Source of the DNA: Abditibacterium sp.
Lineage (GTDB): Bacteria; Armatimonadota; Abditibacteriia; Abditibacteriales; Abditibacteriaceae
NCBI GenBank assembly: GCA_965199495.1
Contig: CBDASK010000003.1
Span: 2,368,001-2,432,000, forward strand
Direction: 5' to 3'
Length of the DNA stretch: 64,000 bases
In this document: one piece after another, positions 1 to 10,400 of the stretch
Position numbering within the stretch: position 1 is the first letter of the stretch
Layout: the number at the start of each line of letters is the position of its first letter
Made by a program: the position numbers and the translations under genes
Notes under the pieces: model-generated
Database searches by the model: none
Told to the model about the DNA's origin: nothing
Seen by the model: only the letters and a program-made list of their open reading frames with translations

Positions 1-234
1 TTCGAGTTTCGTCGCGCTACTTTGCGCTTTGGCTTGCGCTTTAAATTTTAATTTTTGGAGTTGCGGATGGGATTGAAGTAAGTCGAGAAATTGCATGGAA
101 TACGCGAACGGGCACACGACAAAACGCCCGGTCAACGCGACGGCGCGACGGGCGAAATGCGACTTTTGAATAACTCAAGTTTACCTTTCTTACGAGCTTT
201 ATCCAAATATCATCGTCGGTACTTCACCCAAACA

Positions 235-264
235 TTGACAGACTTATTTGTTTTAAGATATAGT
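235..264 (+). promoter_or_regulatory. Putative sigma70 promoter of the response regulator
   Basis: TTGACA (235-240), 18-nt spacer, TATAGT (259-264) in an AT-rich intergenic stretch. Confidence 0.5.
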
Positions 265-332
265 AGGGCCAAATGGTTGAGTTGTCAGGCGTTAAATTTG
301 CAACATTATTATTACTTTTACTCTTCTCTATT

Positions 333-1028
333 ATGCAAACTCACACTCTAACGGAAGCGCCGATTTCGGAGGTTCCAATACGGGGAAAGGTCATCAGGGT
401 TTTCATCGCAGATGATCATGTTTTGGTGCGCGAGGGATTGCGGCTTATCATTGAGGCACAGTCCGATATGGAAGTTGTGGGCGAGGCCAGCGACGGGCAG
501 GAGGCTTGGACGCGCATTCGAGAATTGCGCCCCGATGTGGCGATGATTGACGTTTCGATGCCCTATCTCAACGGTGCCCAGACGACCGAGCGCGTGCGTT
601 TCAATTGCCCCGAAGTCAAAGTTTTAGCGGTTTCGGCCTATGGTGACGAAGCCCATATTCGCCAATTACTGGCGTCGGGCGCGGCGGGTTACGTGCTCAA
701 AAAAGCGGCTTCGCAAGAACTCGCCAACGCGATTCGCGTGGTCGCGGGCGGCGGCGTGCATCTCGATCCGCAAATCGCCGGGCAAGTCGTGGGCGGCTTC
801 GTCAATCAATGCGGAACTGAAAGCGACGGCGGCCTGACCGTGCGCGAAGTCGAAGTCGTGATGCTCGTCGCTTATGGTCACACCAACAAGGAAATCGCCG
901 CCAAGCTGCATTTATCGGTAAAAACGGTCGAGGGCCACAAAACGCGCACCAACGAGAAATTGGGCATCAAAACCCGCGCCGATGTCGTGCGCTACGCCCT
1001 GCGCCGTGGCTGGTTGCGCGATGAGTAA
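333..1028 (+). CDS. NarL/LuxR-family DNA-binding response regulator
   Basis: REC domain (IADDH...DVSMP...GYVLK) plus LuxR HTH (LTVREVEV...NKEIA...LSVKTVE); start taken at ATG 333. Confidence 0.93.
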   Translation: MQTHTLTEAPISEVPIRGKVIRVFIADDHVLVREGLRLIIEAQSDMEVVGEASDGQEAWTRIRELRPDVAMIDVSMPYLNGAQTTERVRFNCPEVKVLAVSAYGDEAHIRQLLASGAAGYVLKKAASQELANAIRVVAGGGVHLDPQIAGQVVGGFVNQCGTESDGGLTVREVEVVMLVAYGHTNKEIAAKLHLSVKTVEGHKTRTNEKLGIKTRADVVRYALRRGWLRDE

Positions 1029-1058
1029 AAGTTCGTGTCCCTACGGGAAAACGAAAAT

Positions 1059-1442
1059 TTAATTATTCAACGGATTACTCGCGAAAGCCCATTCATCGGC
1101 CATTTCGCCTTCGCGCAGATGCGTTTCGACGATTGCCTCGCACGCTTGCGGCGTGACGCGGCCATACCAAACGCCTTCGGGGTAAACGATCATCAGTGGC
1201 CCGTTCTGACAAAATCTCAAGCATTCGACTTCGGTGACGTAAACGTTGATGCTATCGTCTTTGAGCTTTTTGCACGCTTTGTTCAGCGTTTTCATCGTGG
1301 CTTTGGCCTCATCTTTGTCTTTGCAACAGCCCGCTTGCGTGCAAATCAAAACGTGGCGCGCGTAACCGCCAGTTTTGCTTTCAGCGCCGATGCCGCGCGA
1401 AATGGCTTTCTTTTCCAGTTTTACACGTTGTTCCGAATTCAT
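1059..1442 (-). CDS. Thioredoxin-like [2Fe-2S] ferredoxin
   Basis: HVLIC...CC...ECLRFCQNGP...VYPEGVWY motif; ATG overlaps the ROK stop (ATGA at 1439-1442). Confidence 0.85.
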   Translation of the reverse strand: MNSEQRVKLEKKAISRGIGAESKTGGYARHVLICTQAGCCKDKDEAKATMKTLNKACKKLKDDSINVYVTEVECLRFCQNGPLMIVYPEGVWYGRVTPQACEAIVETHLREGEMADEWAFASNPLNN

Positions 1443-2386
1443 TTGGTGTGCCGTTCGCGCGCCCATTGCGCGGCGCCGATAGTTCCAGCGTCGTTGCCCA
1501 ACGCGGCGGGTTTAATCTGATTCACGTCGAAGGTAAAACGCGACGTACGCGATGCTACGGCGTTGCGAAGCGGCTCGAATAACGGTTCGCCGACTTGAGC
1601 CACGCCGCCTGCGATGACAACGCGCGAAACGTCGGCGGTGAACACGACATTCACGATGCCGACGGCTAAATAACTCGCGGTTTCCATCCACACTTTGCGC
1701 GCCAAATTGTCGCCGCGCGCGGCGGCGCGGGCGATATGAAGCGGCGCGAGTTGCGCCAAATCGGGGCAAATCTCCCAAATCAGCGAGGCTTGCCCGGTCG
1801 TCAAAGCGCGCATCGCGCGCCACACGATGGCGTCGCGTCCACACACGCTTTCGAGCGTGCCGACGTTGCCGCCGCTACCGCGCTTGTCGTCAATATCAAC
1901 CGTGATGTGCCCGACTTCGGCGCCGCGCTCGCTGGCGCCTAATCGCAGTTCGCCGTCGAGAATTAAACCCGATCCGATGCCGGTGCCCAACGTTAAAACT
2001 AAAATGTCGGCGGCGCCCCGACCGGCGCCAAATCGCGCTTCGCCCAACGCGGCGGCGTTGGCGTCGTTGAGCGCATGAACCGGCAAACCAATTTTTTCGC
2101 TCAGAATCGGCCCGACCGGCAAATCGCTCCAGCCGCTCAAATTGGGCGCATAAACGCAAATTCCGTCGGCGTGCCGAATGTGTCCGGGCACGCCAATGCC
2201 GACTGCCTCAACTTTCGCGGCAAATTCTTCGATAACCGCGCGTGCCGTGGCTGCAATGCGGCCCAGTAAAATTTCGGGCGCATCGCTCTGGCGCGTCTCG
2301 ATTTGCATTGCGTGCGATAACGCGCCGTTTTCGTTTAGTAAGCCGAACGCGCAGGTCGTGCCGCCGAGGTCAATTCCCAGAAACAT
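1439..2386 (-). CDS. ROK-family sugar kinase (glucokinase-like)
   Basis: GIDLGGT, NDANAAALGE, LGTGIGSG and AEVGH motifs; start MFLGIDLGG. Confidence 0.92.
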   Translation of the reverse strand: MFLGIDLGGTTCAFGLLNENGALSHAMQIETRQSDAPEILLGRIAATARAVIEEFAAKVEAVGIGVPGHIRHADGICVYAPNLSGWSDLPVGPILSEKIGLPVHALNDANAAALGEARFGAGRGAADILVLTLGTGIGSGLILDGELRLGASERGAEVGHITVDIDDKRGSGGNVGTLESVCGRDAIVWRAMRALTTGQASLIWEICPDLAQLAPLHIARAAARGDNLARKVWMETASYLAVGIVNVVFTADVSRVVIAGGVAQVGEPLFEPLRNAVASRTSRFTFDVNQIKPAALGNDAGTIGAAQWARERHTK

Positions 2387-2422
2387 AGGTTTAGAAGTAA
2401 AACCGAATTTGATAGCAAACGC

Positions 2423-2583
2423 GTTAGTTCTTCCGCCTGTCATTTTGAGCGAAGTGAGGCACGAACGAAGTCGAAGAATCCATGACTTTGGCCGAAGCCG
2501 AGGCGAAATCAACAAGCAACTGATGGATTCTTCGACTTCGTTCGTGCCTCACTTCGCTCAGAATAACAGGCGGAAGAACTAAC
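2423..2583. repeat. Long intergenic palindrome, GTCAT/ATGAC (REP-like) family
   Basis: Near-perfect ~61-bp inverted arms 2423-2483 and 2523-2583 with core CTGTCATT.TGAGCGAAG. Confidence 0.85.
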
Positions 2584-2628
2584 AACGCGATGTTTATTTC
2601 GCTCGAAAGTGCAGCCGAGACGAAACAA

Positions 2629-2663
2629 AAATAACCGAAAAGCGCGGGGCTTTTCGGTTATTT
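2629..2663 (-). terminator. Intrinsic terminator after rpsR
   Basis: AAATAACCGAAAAGC-GCGGG-GCTTTTCGGTTATTT hairpin with T-rich tail on the minus strand. Confidence 0.7.
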
Positions 2664-2675
2664 CAGGTTGCGGAA

Positions 2676-2951
2676 TTAGCCGCCCTGCGATTGGCGCAGG
2701 TGATCGGCGGTGTAATGCAACAACGCCATGTGGCGCGCGATTTTGACTTGTTCGGCGATGTGGCGTTGTTGAATCGCCGACAGGCCCGAATTGCGGCGCG
2801 ACAAAATTTTGCCACGGTCGGTCACGAAACGCTTGAGTTGCGAGGCGCTTTTATAGTTGAGCCCGAACACGAATTCATCGGTGTATTGGGGCCGCTTGCC
2901 TTTGAGGGGCTTCAACGGTTTGCGCGTGCGCTGGGATTGAGCTTTTGCCAT
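2676..2951 (-). CDS. rpsR: 30S ribosomal protein bS18
   Basis: YKSASQLKRFVTDRGKILSRR.SG...QR....VKIARHMALL; conserved rpsF-ssb-rpsR order. Confidence 0.95.
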   Translation of the reverse strand: MAKAQSQRTRKPLKPLKGKRPQYTDEFVFGLNYKSASQLKRFVTDRGKILSRRNSGLSAIQQRHIAEQVKIARHMALLHYTADHLRQSQGG

Positions 2952-3024
2952 GTGGTTTTCCTCCTTTTAGATTTTTGTTAAAAACGTCAATTTGCGTTGA
3001 CGTGTTGGATTTTTTGTCTGGGTT

Positions 3025-3133
3025 TGCCATTGTAGAGACACCGATTTATCGTGTCTAAAAGGTTCAAGCTCCTGCAAATCTTGCGGGTTCATTTATCTTT
3101 TAGACACGATAAATCGGTGTCTCTACAATGGCA
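3025..3133. repeat. GTAG-type REP doublet (REPIN-like)
   Basis: 37-bp inverted arms with core GTAGAGACACCGATTTATCGTGTCT. Confidence 0.88.
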
Positions 3134-3145
3134 TCGCGCTATTTT

Positions 3146-3757
3146 TTACTCGTCGGCGAACGGGTCGCTGTCGTCGTAATCGTCATCGGGGTAGGTCTCG
3201 CGAGCCGCAGGTTTTGCTGCGGGCCGTTGAGCCGGAGCCGCCGGACGTTGCGCCGGAGCTTCGCTGCGAGGAGCGGCTGGTCGCGCTGCGGGACGCGGCG
3301 CGGGAGCTGGTTCCTCGTCGTCGAAGTAGTTGTCGTCCTGCGAACTGCGTCCGCCGCCGCCGCCATTACGCGAAGCGGGCGCCGCATTGTAGCCACCGCC
3401 GCCCGAATCGCCGCCGCCACTATCGTCGCCGCGACCTTGCAGAGATTCCACGCGGTCGCAAACGATGTTGGTGAAGTAGCGAGCGTTGCCGTCTTGGCCC
3501 TGCACTTTGTTGATTTCGACGCGCCCTTCCACCGCGACCAGTTGGCCTTTGGTGATGTATTGGCTCACGAAATCGGCGGTCTGGCGAAACGCGCGACAAT
3601 CGAAAAAGTCGGTTTTGCGCTCGCCGGTCTGCGTGTCTTTGTATTGCCGGTCAACCGCAATGGAAAACTTGGCAATCGAAAGATTGCTGGCCGTATAGCT
3701 CTGTTCGGGGTCGCGCGTCAGGCGACCGACAAGGATGACTTTGTTCAGTGAAGGCAT
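3146..3757 (-). CDS. ssb: Single-stranded DNA-binding protein
   Basis: LNKVILVGRLTRDPE OB fold, Gly-rich linker, acidic tail ending DPFADE. Confidence 0.96.
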   Translation of the reverse strand: MPSLNKVILVGRLTRDPEQSYTASNLSIAKFSIAVDRQYKDTQTGERKTDFFDCRAFRQTADFVSQYITKGQLVAVEGRVEINKVQGQDGNARYFTNIVCDRVESLQGRGDDSGGGDSGGGGYNAAPASRNGGGGGRSSQDDNYFDDEEPAPAPRPAARPAAPRSEAPAQRPAAPAQRPAAKPAARETYPDDDYDDSDPFADE

Positions 3758-3955
3758 GCTATTTTCTCCTCTTGGCGTTGCAGGAAAATTTATCGGCGAA
3801 ATTTGATTTCGCCGACGGTGCAACGGGCAAGGCTTACGAGAAAAAGGATAACAAATTTTGTTTTCACTTACAACAGAAAAAACAAAATTTATTTTCCTTT
3901 TCTCGAATTTATTTTTTGCGAGTTCCATTCATCCCGGCGACGTGGCTGCTAATGG

Positions 3956-4552
3956 TTAGCGACCTTCGCGCAAAATGATGTGACGCAAGACGTTATCTTC
4001 GAGTTTGAAGAAGCGATCCATTTCGGGGATCAGCGACTGCGAGAAACGCGCGTTGACCACGACATAAACGCCTTCGCTTTGCGTGACCGATTGTTTTTTG
4101 ATCGGAAACGCCAGACGACGCGATTCGGTCACACGCACGTTATCAACGGCGCCTTTGCCTTCCTCGATCATCGTTTTGAGACGCTCTTGAGTTGCGGTTT
4201 GGGCTTCTTCGTTGTTCGCGAGAACGATGTAAGCGACTTCGTAGGCGCGCGTGTTGGGAAGCTCCTCGCGTTCAGCTTCGGTTTGCGAAGCATCGAGTTC
4301 GGGCATCAAGTCGGTCGGGCCTTGCAGGCGCCCGGCTTCGGGGCGGTCGTCGCGATTGCGGTCGCGGCGGCGGTATTCGCGCTCGTCGCCATCGCTATTT
4401 TCATCGCGATCACGCTCGCTGTTGCCACGATGCTCGCTGTTTTGCTGAACTTCCTTAGACGAAGTTTCGGTCGGTGCGGAGTCGGTTGCGGGCGTTTCGC
4501 CCACGGCCTCGACGGCCTCCGGCTCGGCTACGGATGTGTTATTTTCTGCCAA
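3956..4552 (-). CDS. rpsF: 30S ribosomal protein bS6 with long acidic N-terminal extension
   Basis: C-terminal half RAYEVAYIV...RRLAFPIKK...EGVYV...VLRHIILR; TTG start after a strong GGAGGTGA SD. Confidence 0.9.
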   Translation of the reverse strand: MAENNTSVAEPEAVEAVGETPATDSAPTETSSKEVQQNSEHRGNSERDRDENSDGDEREYRRRDRNRDDRPEAGRLQGPTDLMPELDASQTEAEREELPNTRAYEVAYIVLANNEEAQTATQERLKTMIEEGKGAVDNVRVTESRRLAFPIKKQSVTQSEGVYVVVNARFSQSLIPEMDRFFKLEDNVLRHIILREGR

Positions 4553-4554
4553 TA

Positions 4555-4736
4555 TATATTCACCTCCCCTTTGGATGTTCTGCGGATAATATCCGCGAAG
4601 TAACCGTTAGTCCGCGACGCGTTAGGAGCGCATCGTCGTCTAACAGCAGGAGAATTTGCGAATCATCAGTTCACCAGTTCACGCGGATGAGCGCTTGAGG
4701 CAAACTAAGAAACGGGAAACCGGGGAAATTATACCA
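4555..4736 (-). promoter_or_regulatory. rpsF operon promoter and long leader (possible S6:S18 autoregulatory leader)
   Basis: Extended -10 TGGTATAAT at 4728-4736 (minus strand); ~170-nt leader in which CTCCT can pair with the GGGGAG SD. Confidence 0.45.
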
Positions 4737-4737
4737 T

Positions 4738-4840
4738 AAGGAACAAGGGACAGGGAACAAGGCACAAGAATTCTTTGCGAGTGAGTTCCAACTGAAGTCC
4801 CAAAAACGTCCCTTGCTCCTTGCTCCCTGTCCCTTGTTGC
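4738..4840. repeat. Inverted arrays of degenerate heptamers
   Basis: AAGGAAC-AAGGGAC-AGGGAAC-AAGGCAC facing CCTTGCT-CCTTGCT-CCCTGTC-CCTTGTT. Confidence 0.65.
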
Positions 4841-4849
4841 TAAAGAAAT

Positions 4850-5884
4850 ATGTCCACCACTTTTAATCTGGCCATCATCGGCGTTGGCATCGGGCGCCAA
4901 CATTTGCGCGGCGCGCTGGGCGTGCCGGGCGTGCATATCGCGGCGCTGTGCGATTTGGATGTCGCGCGCGCGGGCGCGATGGCCGAAGAGTTCGAGTTGC
5001 AGGGCACGCGCGTCGTCGCCGATTATCGCGAGCTGCTCGAAATGCCCGATTTGGACGCGGTTTCGGTGTGCGTGCCCAATTCGCTGCACGCTTCGATTAC
5101 GGTCGCATGTTTGAGCGCCGGATTGCACGTCTTGTGCGAAAAACCGTTGGCGACTAATGCCGCCGACGCGCAACAAATCGTGGACGCCGCGCGCGACAAC
5201 AATCGCGCGTGTATGGTCGGCCAACTTTTGCGCTTTCGCGACGATGTGCGCGAACTCAAAAAGCGCGCCGGAGAAATCGGCCAACCGTATTACGCGCGCG
5301 CCGTGGCTCGTCGCGCGCACGGCATTCCCAAATGGGGCAGTTGGTTCACCCAAAAAGAGATGTCGGGCGGCGGGCCTCTGATTGACACCGGCGTTCACAT
5401 CATTGATTTGGCGTGGTGGCTCGCCAGAAGTCCGCGCCCAGTGAGTGCATCAGCCACGGCGTATGGCGAGTTGGGCGCGCGCAAAATCGGTCTGGGCATG
5501 GGCGGCATCGGCGACGCTAACGGGCGCTTCGATGTCGAAGATTTGGCGGCGGGCCACATCCGTTTCGAGAATAATTTTTCGATTCACTTCGAGTCGTCGT
5601 GGGCACTTTACGCCGACAAAGACGCGCGTTCGTGCCACGTTCACGGCACCGAAGGCGCGCTGCTGTGGGACGACGACGCCCGCGTTATCACGTCCGATGG
5701 TTCGGTTGAAGCGATTCACGTCGAGCCGGGCGACGCGTGGCAAAGGGAAATCGCGTATTTCGTGAGTTGTATTCAAAAAGGCATCGCGCCCCAACCGGAC
5801 GCAACGGCGGGCCTGACGATGATGAAAATGTTGGACGCGTTGTATCAGAGCGCGCGCGAAGGGCGCGAAGTGGAAATTGGTTGA
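4850..5884 (+). CDS. Gfo/Idh/MocA-family oxidoreductase
   Basis: AIIGVG.G Rossmann start, HVLCEKP, GGGPLIDTGVH. Confidence 0.93.
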   Translation: MSTTFNLAIIGVGIGRQHLRGALGVPGVHIAALCDLDVARAGAMAEEFELQGTRVVADYRELLEMPDLDAVSVCVPNSLHASITVACLSAGLHVLCEKPLATNAADAQQIVDAARDNNRACMVGQLLRFRDDVRELKKRAGEIGQPYYARAVARRAHGIPKWGSWFTQKEMSGGGPLIDTGVHIIDLAWWLARSPRPVSASATAYGELGARKIGLGMGGIGDANGRFDVEDLAAGHIRFENNFSIHFESSWALYADKDARSCHVHGTEGALLWDDDARVITSDGSVEAIHVEPGDAWQREIAYFVSCIQKGIAPQPDATAGLTMMKMLDALYQSAREGREVEIG

Positions 5885-6073
5885 AGAAAGCGCGGACGTT
5901 TTTCCCTCACCCGGCTTCGTGCCTCAGCCACCCTCTCCCGGAGGGAGAAGGAAGTTCGCCACTTTGACGTAAAGAGCTTTCTTCAAACCTTCTGCGGAAA
6001 AATCCTTCTCCCTCCGGGAGAGGGTGGCTGAGGCATGAAGCCGGGTGAGGGAAAAACGTCCGCGCTTTCTTCA
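5882..6073. repeat. Long palindrome, CCCTCACCC...CCCTCTCCC family
   Basis: ~71-bp arms 5882-5952 and 6003-6073 with one mismatch; relative at 56193. Confidence 0.88.
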
Positions 6074-6094
6074 GACTCCCAATTATCCGAACCC

Positions 6095-6880
6095 ATGTTT
6101 TTCGACTCCCATTGCCATCTCACCGACGACCGATTATTCCCGCAACTCGCCGATGTTTTATCACGCGCCCACAGTAGCCACGTCGAGGCGATGCTAAGTA
6201 TTAGCTCCGATTTAGATGACACCGCGCGCATTTTAGAACTCTGCCAACCCAATCGAATCTGGGCCAGCGCGGGCGTTCATCCGGCGTCGGCGTTGCAATG
6301 GAACGATGACGATTCAACCCAAAAACTCACGCAATTCGCGCGCGACGAACGCGTATTGGCGATTGGCGAAATTGGTTTGGATTATCTTTACGACGACGCG
6401 CATCCCGACTATCCGGGCGCCACGCGCGCGCGTCAATCCGAAGTTTTTGAGGCGCAATTGCAAATCGCGTCCGACAACAATTTGCCGATTATCATTCACA
6501 ATCGCGAGGCCGACGAAGATTTGCTGGCGATTGTCGGCGCGTGGAAAGACCATTTAAACGGCGGCGTTTTTCATTGTTTCGGCAGCTCGCCCGAAGTCGC
6601 GCGGCGCGTTTTAGATTTGGGGTTTCATCTGGGTTTCACCGGCATCGTTTCGTTCAAAAACGCGCGCCAAACCCACGACGTGGCTGCTCTGTGCCCATTG
6701 GACAAAATGCTCATCGAAACCGATGCGCCTTATCTCGCGCCCGTCCCGATGCGCGGCAAAACCAATGAGCCATCGTTCGTGCCGTTCGTCGCGGCGAAAA
6801 TCGCCGAGATCAAAGGTTTGTCGGTCGAAGAAATCGGCGCGATGACTACAGCGAACGCGCGACGATTGTTTGGAATTTAG
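6095..6880 (+). CDS. tatD: TatD-family DNase
   Basis: DSHCHL, GVHP, AIGEIGLDY, HNRE, HCF and ETDAPY motifs. Confidence 0.95.
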   Translation: MFFDSHCHLTDDRLFPQLADVLSRAHSSHVEAMLSISSDLDDTARILELCQPNRIWASAGVHPASALQWNDDDSTQKLTQFARDERVLAIGEIGLDYLYDDAHPDYPGATRARQSEVFEAQLQIASDNNLPIIIHNREADEDLLAIVGAWKDHLNGGVFHCFGSSPEVARRVLDLGFHLGFTGIVSFKNARQTHDVAALCPLDKMLIETDAPYLAPVPMRGKTNEPSFVPFVAAKIAEIKGLSVEEIGAMTTANARRLFGI

Positions 6881-6906
6881 CCACAAAGAACATGGGGCAA
6901 TTATTT

Positions 6907-7007
6907 TTCGTAGAGACACCGACTTGTCGTGTCTAAAACGTCGGAATTGCCAAGACGTTAAAGCCAGTTCAACCTTTTTAGACACGACAAGTCGGTGTCT
7001 CTACGAA
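6907..7007. repeat. GTAG-type REP doublet
   Basis: 32-bp inverted arms TTCGTAGAGACACCGACTTGTCGTGTCTAAAA. Confidence 0.88.
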
Positions 7008-7029
7008 CGACAATTTTCCATCAAACCTC

Positions 7030-7080
7030 TTGACGACAAATGTCGGCTGACTTAAAATAATTAGACGACATTTGTCGTCT
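7030..7080 (+). promoter_or_regulatory. Promoter with two BlaI/CopY-like operators
   Basis: TTGACG (7030-7035), 17-nt spacer, TAAAAT (7053-7058); palindromes GACGACA-AA-TGTCGGC (7032-7047) and AGACGACA-TT-TGTCGTCT (7063-7080). Confidence 0.75.
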
Positions 7081-7083
7081 CAC

Positions 7084-7476
7084 ATGAAAAACATTAAATT
7101 GGGCGAAAAAGAGAGCGCGCTTTTGGCGTGGGTGGCGCGCCATGCTCCGGCGAGCGCGGCGGAAATCGTGGCCGGTTGGGGCGCCGAGCAGAATGTGGCG
7201 CGCACAACCGTGACGACGATGCTGGAACGTTTGCGCGCCAAAGGTTATCTCAAGCGCGAGAAAATCGGCGCGACGTTTTCTTATGCGCCCCGTGACGCGC
7301 ACGAAACGCAGTTGCGCGGCATCGTTGGACGCTTCGTCGAAAAGACGTTGGGCGGTTCGGTCGAGCCGTTCGTGGCTTATCTCAACGAAGCCGATTTGAG
7401 CGATGCCGACATCGCGCAATTGCGCGAAATCGTTGGACGATTGGACGCGCAAAAATCTGAAGGAGACGCGCAATGA
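7084..7476 (+). CDS. BlaI/MecI/CopY-family repressor
   Basis: LGEKE...RTTVTTMLERLRAKGYL...FVEKTLGGS..PFVAYL; ATGA overlap with the next gene. Confidence 0.92.
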   Translation: MKNIKLGEKESALLAWVARHAPASAAEIVAGWGAEQNVARTTVTTMLERLRAKGYLKREKIGATFSYAPRDAHETQLRGIVGRFVEKTLGGSVEPFVAYLNEADLSDADIAQLREIVGRLDAQKSEGDAQ

Positions 7477-10400
7477 ACACGCTTTTCGAGGCGCTCACTC
7501 GCGCCAGCGCGTTCGGTTTGGCGGCGCTTTTCGTCGCGTTAATCGCGCAATTTACGCTCAGCAAGCGCGCTCCGGCAGCGTGGCGCGCGTGGATTTGGCG
7601 CATAGCGTTAGTGCAAAGCGCGTTCGCGTTGTTGCCGCTCGCGCCGATTCGCTGGGAAATCTTGGCGCCGCCGACCATCGCGCCAATAGCAGCCACGCCG
7701 AGCGCGCGGGCAAAGCCGAACGAGATTTTCGACACAGATAATTTGAATTCGTCGCCGCTCGAAATGCCCGACGCGCCGCCACTCGAAAACGCGTTATCAC
7801 TCGAAAACGCGTTATCACTCGAAAACGCGTCATCACTCGAAAACGCGTCACCCGTTCCAATCGCGAAAGCTCCGCAAAAGCCGTTCGATTGGCGCGCGTT
7901 GTTGCTGGCGATTTACGCGTTTGGCGTCGCGTTTCAATGCGCGCAATTAGCGCGCGGCAAACGCCAACTGCGCCGCACATTGCGCGATTGCAAACTCAAC
8001 GAAAACGCGGATTTAATAGCGCGTTTAAACGAACTGACGGCGCGAAGCCATTTAAAAATCGCGCCGCAACTGTTAATCAGCGAAGGCGGTTCGCCATTTT
8101 TAACCGGCGTTTTTCGCCCGCGAATCATATTGCCTCTCGCTTTATGCGAAGCCGAAAACGCACAACTCGACGCGGTTTTGGCGCACGAACTGGCGCACTG
8201 TAAACGGCGCGATTTAATCTGGCTCGGCGCGACGTGGCTGCTACAAACGCTGCTGTGGTTTCATCCGCTTTCGTGGGCCGCGCGCCGCTTTCACGGCCTC
8301 GAAACCGAATGCGCGTGCGACGAACTGGCGCTGCAACTCGCGCCCATCGCGCCCCAATCTTATGGCGCGCTACTTTTAAATTCCATGAACAATTCCAAAT
8401 TTTCTTCCCCGCTCGCGGCGGGCACCTGCGATACCTTATTCGCGCTCAAAACGCGCTTGCTGCGTTTGAACAACGCGCCCAAATCGCCGCGTAAAATGGA
8501 GAAATTCGCGTTTGTCATTGCGCTTGTGCTTTCGTGCGGCGCGGTTGTGCCGCTCAAGTTGGTGGCGCGCGCCCAAAATGTGCCGCGCGTGACGCCGCCG
8601 AAGCCGAAAGTTGCGGGTAACGTAATTGTGCAAGGCGTAATTAAATCGAATCAAACGGGCAAACCGCTCGCGGGCGTGCCGGTTATTTTGATTCCCATGT
8701 CGCCGAGCAATTTTGCTCCCAAAAAGGTATTTGCCTTTGATGAAAAGGGGAAACCTCGCCTCGTTGCAGTTCTGGACGTATTTCCCGGTTTGCGAAATAA
8801 GCAGGAAATCATAACCGACTTGCGCGGTTACTTCCGCTTCAATGCAGTTGGTCGCGATTACCTGATTCTCATCGACGGTAAAATTTCGGTGTTGCCATCA
8901 AAACACACGGAATTTTGGGCGCGACAGGCGGTGATAACAGAGATGAAAACAGTGCTAAGATGGAACACCGAATTTAAATTGGACGAAGCGTCACAAAGAT
9001 CCAAACAGTTTGAATTGGACGAAGCGTCACAGAGCTTCAAACAATACGTGTTAAAGACGCTCGCGGGCAATGCGGTTGTTCAGGGCGTCATCGTATCGAA
9101 GCAGACCAAGAAACCGCTCGCGGGCGCACCTGTGGCCTTACTTACGAGAAGCGTAGATCCAATTCCGGAAAGTAGCAAAGGGTTGAAGGTAGCGACTTAT
9201 CAAAAGACGCAAACTGACGCGCGCGGCTACTTTCGCTTCAATGCTTTGGGCGGCGAACAAATGTTGTTGGCTGGAGACTCGGTTGAGGTTGATTTAAACC
9301 AACCTCAACCGACGATCAAAGCTCAGACTGCCAGTAGCTTCAAATTGAAAGACAGACAGATGAAGTATTTCAATCTCGCGTTAGACGCACTCCCCAAACG
9401 CGGCGTGGCCGATGTCGCAGTTCCGCCGTCTGCCATCAAAAAACCGGGCAGCGCGGTTGTGCAAGGCGTGGTGACATCGAAGCAAACCCGGAAACCGTTG
9501 GCGGGAGTGAGTGTGACTTTAACTACGACAAAGTTGGAGACAAATCGCAATGGTCAAACGCGCTCGGAAACACTGAACACTCAGAAAACCCGAACCGACG
9601 CACGCGGTTATTTTCGCTTCAACGCGGCGGAAGGTCTCTATCGCTTGCTCGTCAACGGTAGGATTACTATTGTGATTTTTCGCGACGCAAAGGGGCACCC
9701 CCGAAAATCTAACCGTCCTCTTCAAATTGAATTGGACGAAGATCGCTCCGATGCAGCCACGCCGCCGAAGACCACAGGCACTGGCAACGCGGTTGTGCAG
9801 GGCATCGTTTTGGCGCCGCGAACGAAGCAGCCGTTGGCGGGCGCGCCCATGATTTTGAAAAACGGCGGAAAATCGCAAAATTCTGTGACCGATGCGCGCG
9901 GTTACTTTCGTTTTAACACCGGCGGCGGTAAACAGGTTTTGAGTGTTTCGACGAGAGAACCGAACGCTCCCGCAGACAGCAAACTCTTTATCACGTTCGA
10001 GTTGGAAAACGGCCAAAAGCGAAATCTTAGACTTGATTGGGACGAAATTAGTGATCTCAGCAAAGCCGTCATCCCAACAAACTTGCCGAGGGACAAAGGA
10101 ACGGGCAACGCGGTTATTCAAGGCATTATTACCTCGAAGCAGAGCAAAAAACCGCTTGTGGGCGTGACGATGATTTTGGTTGTGGGGCAGGTCAAGTTGT
10201 GGAGTAAAGACGAGTTATTGCCCGCAAAGGCGAAATACCAAGTAACCGCAACCGACGCGCTCGGTTATTTTCGTTTCAACTCGTCAGTTGGCGAGAAAAA
10301 TTTGCTCATTAATGGCAAAATTTCGCCTGACGCTAACAAAGTTGATAGATTTTTGGCGCCGCAAATCGCTGGTTTTTCATTGAAAAGCGCGGAACGACGC

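Noticed and set aside
2387..2515. N-terminal extensions of ROK (and likewise tatD and xylB) in the ORF track
   Set aside because: They run through intergenic palindromic repeats; the family motifs begin at downstream ATGs.
7780..7851. CRISPR-like repeat
   Set aside because: Contiguous in-frame 18-bp tandem repeat with no spacers.
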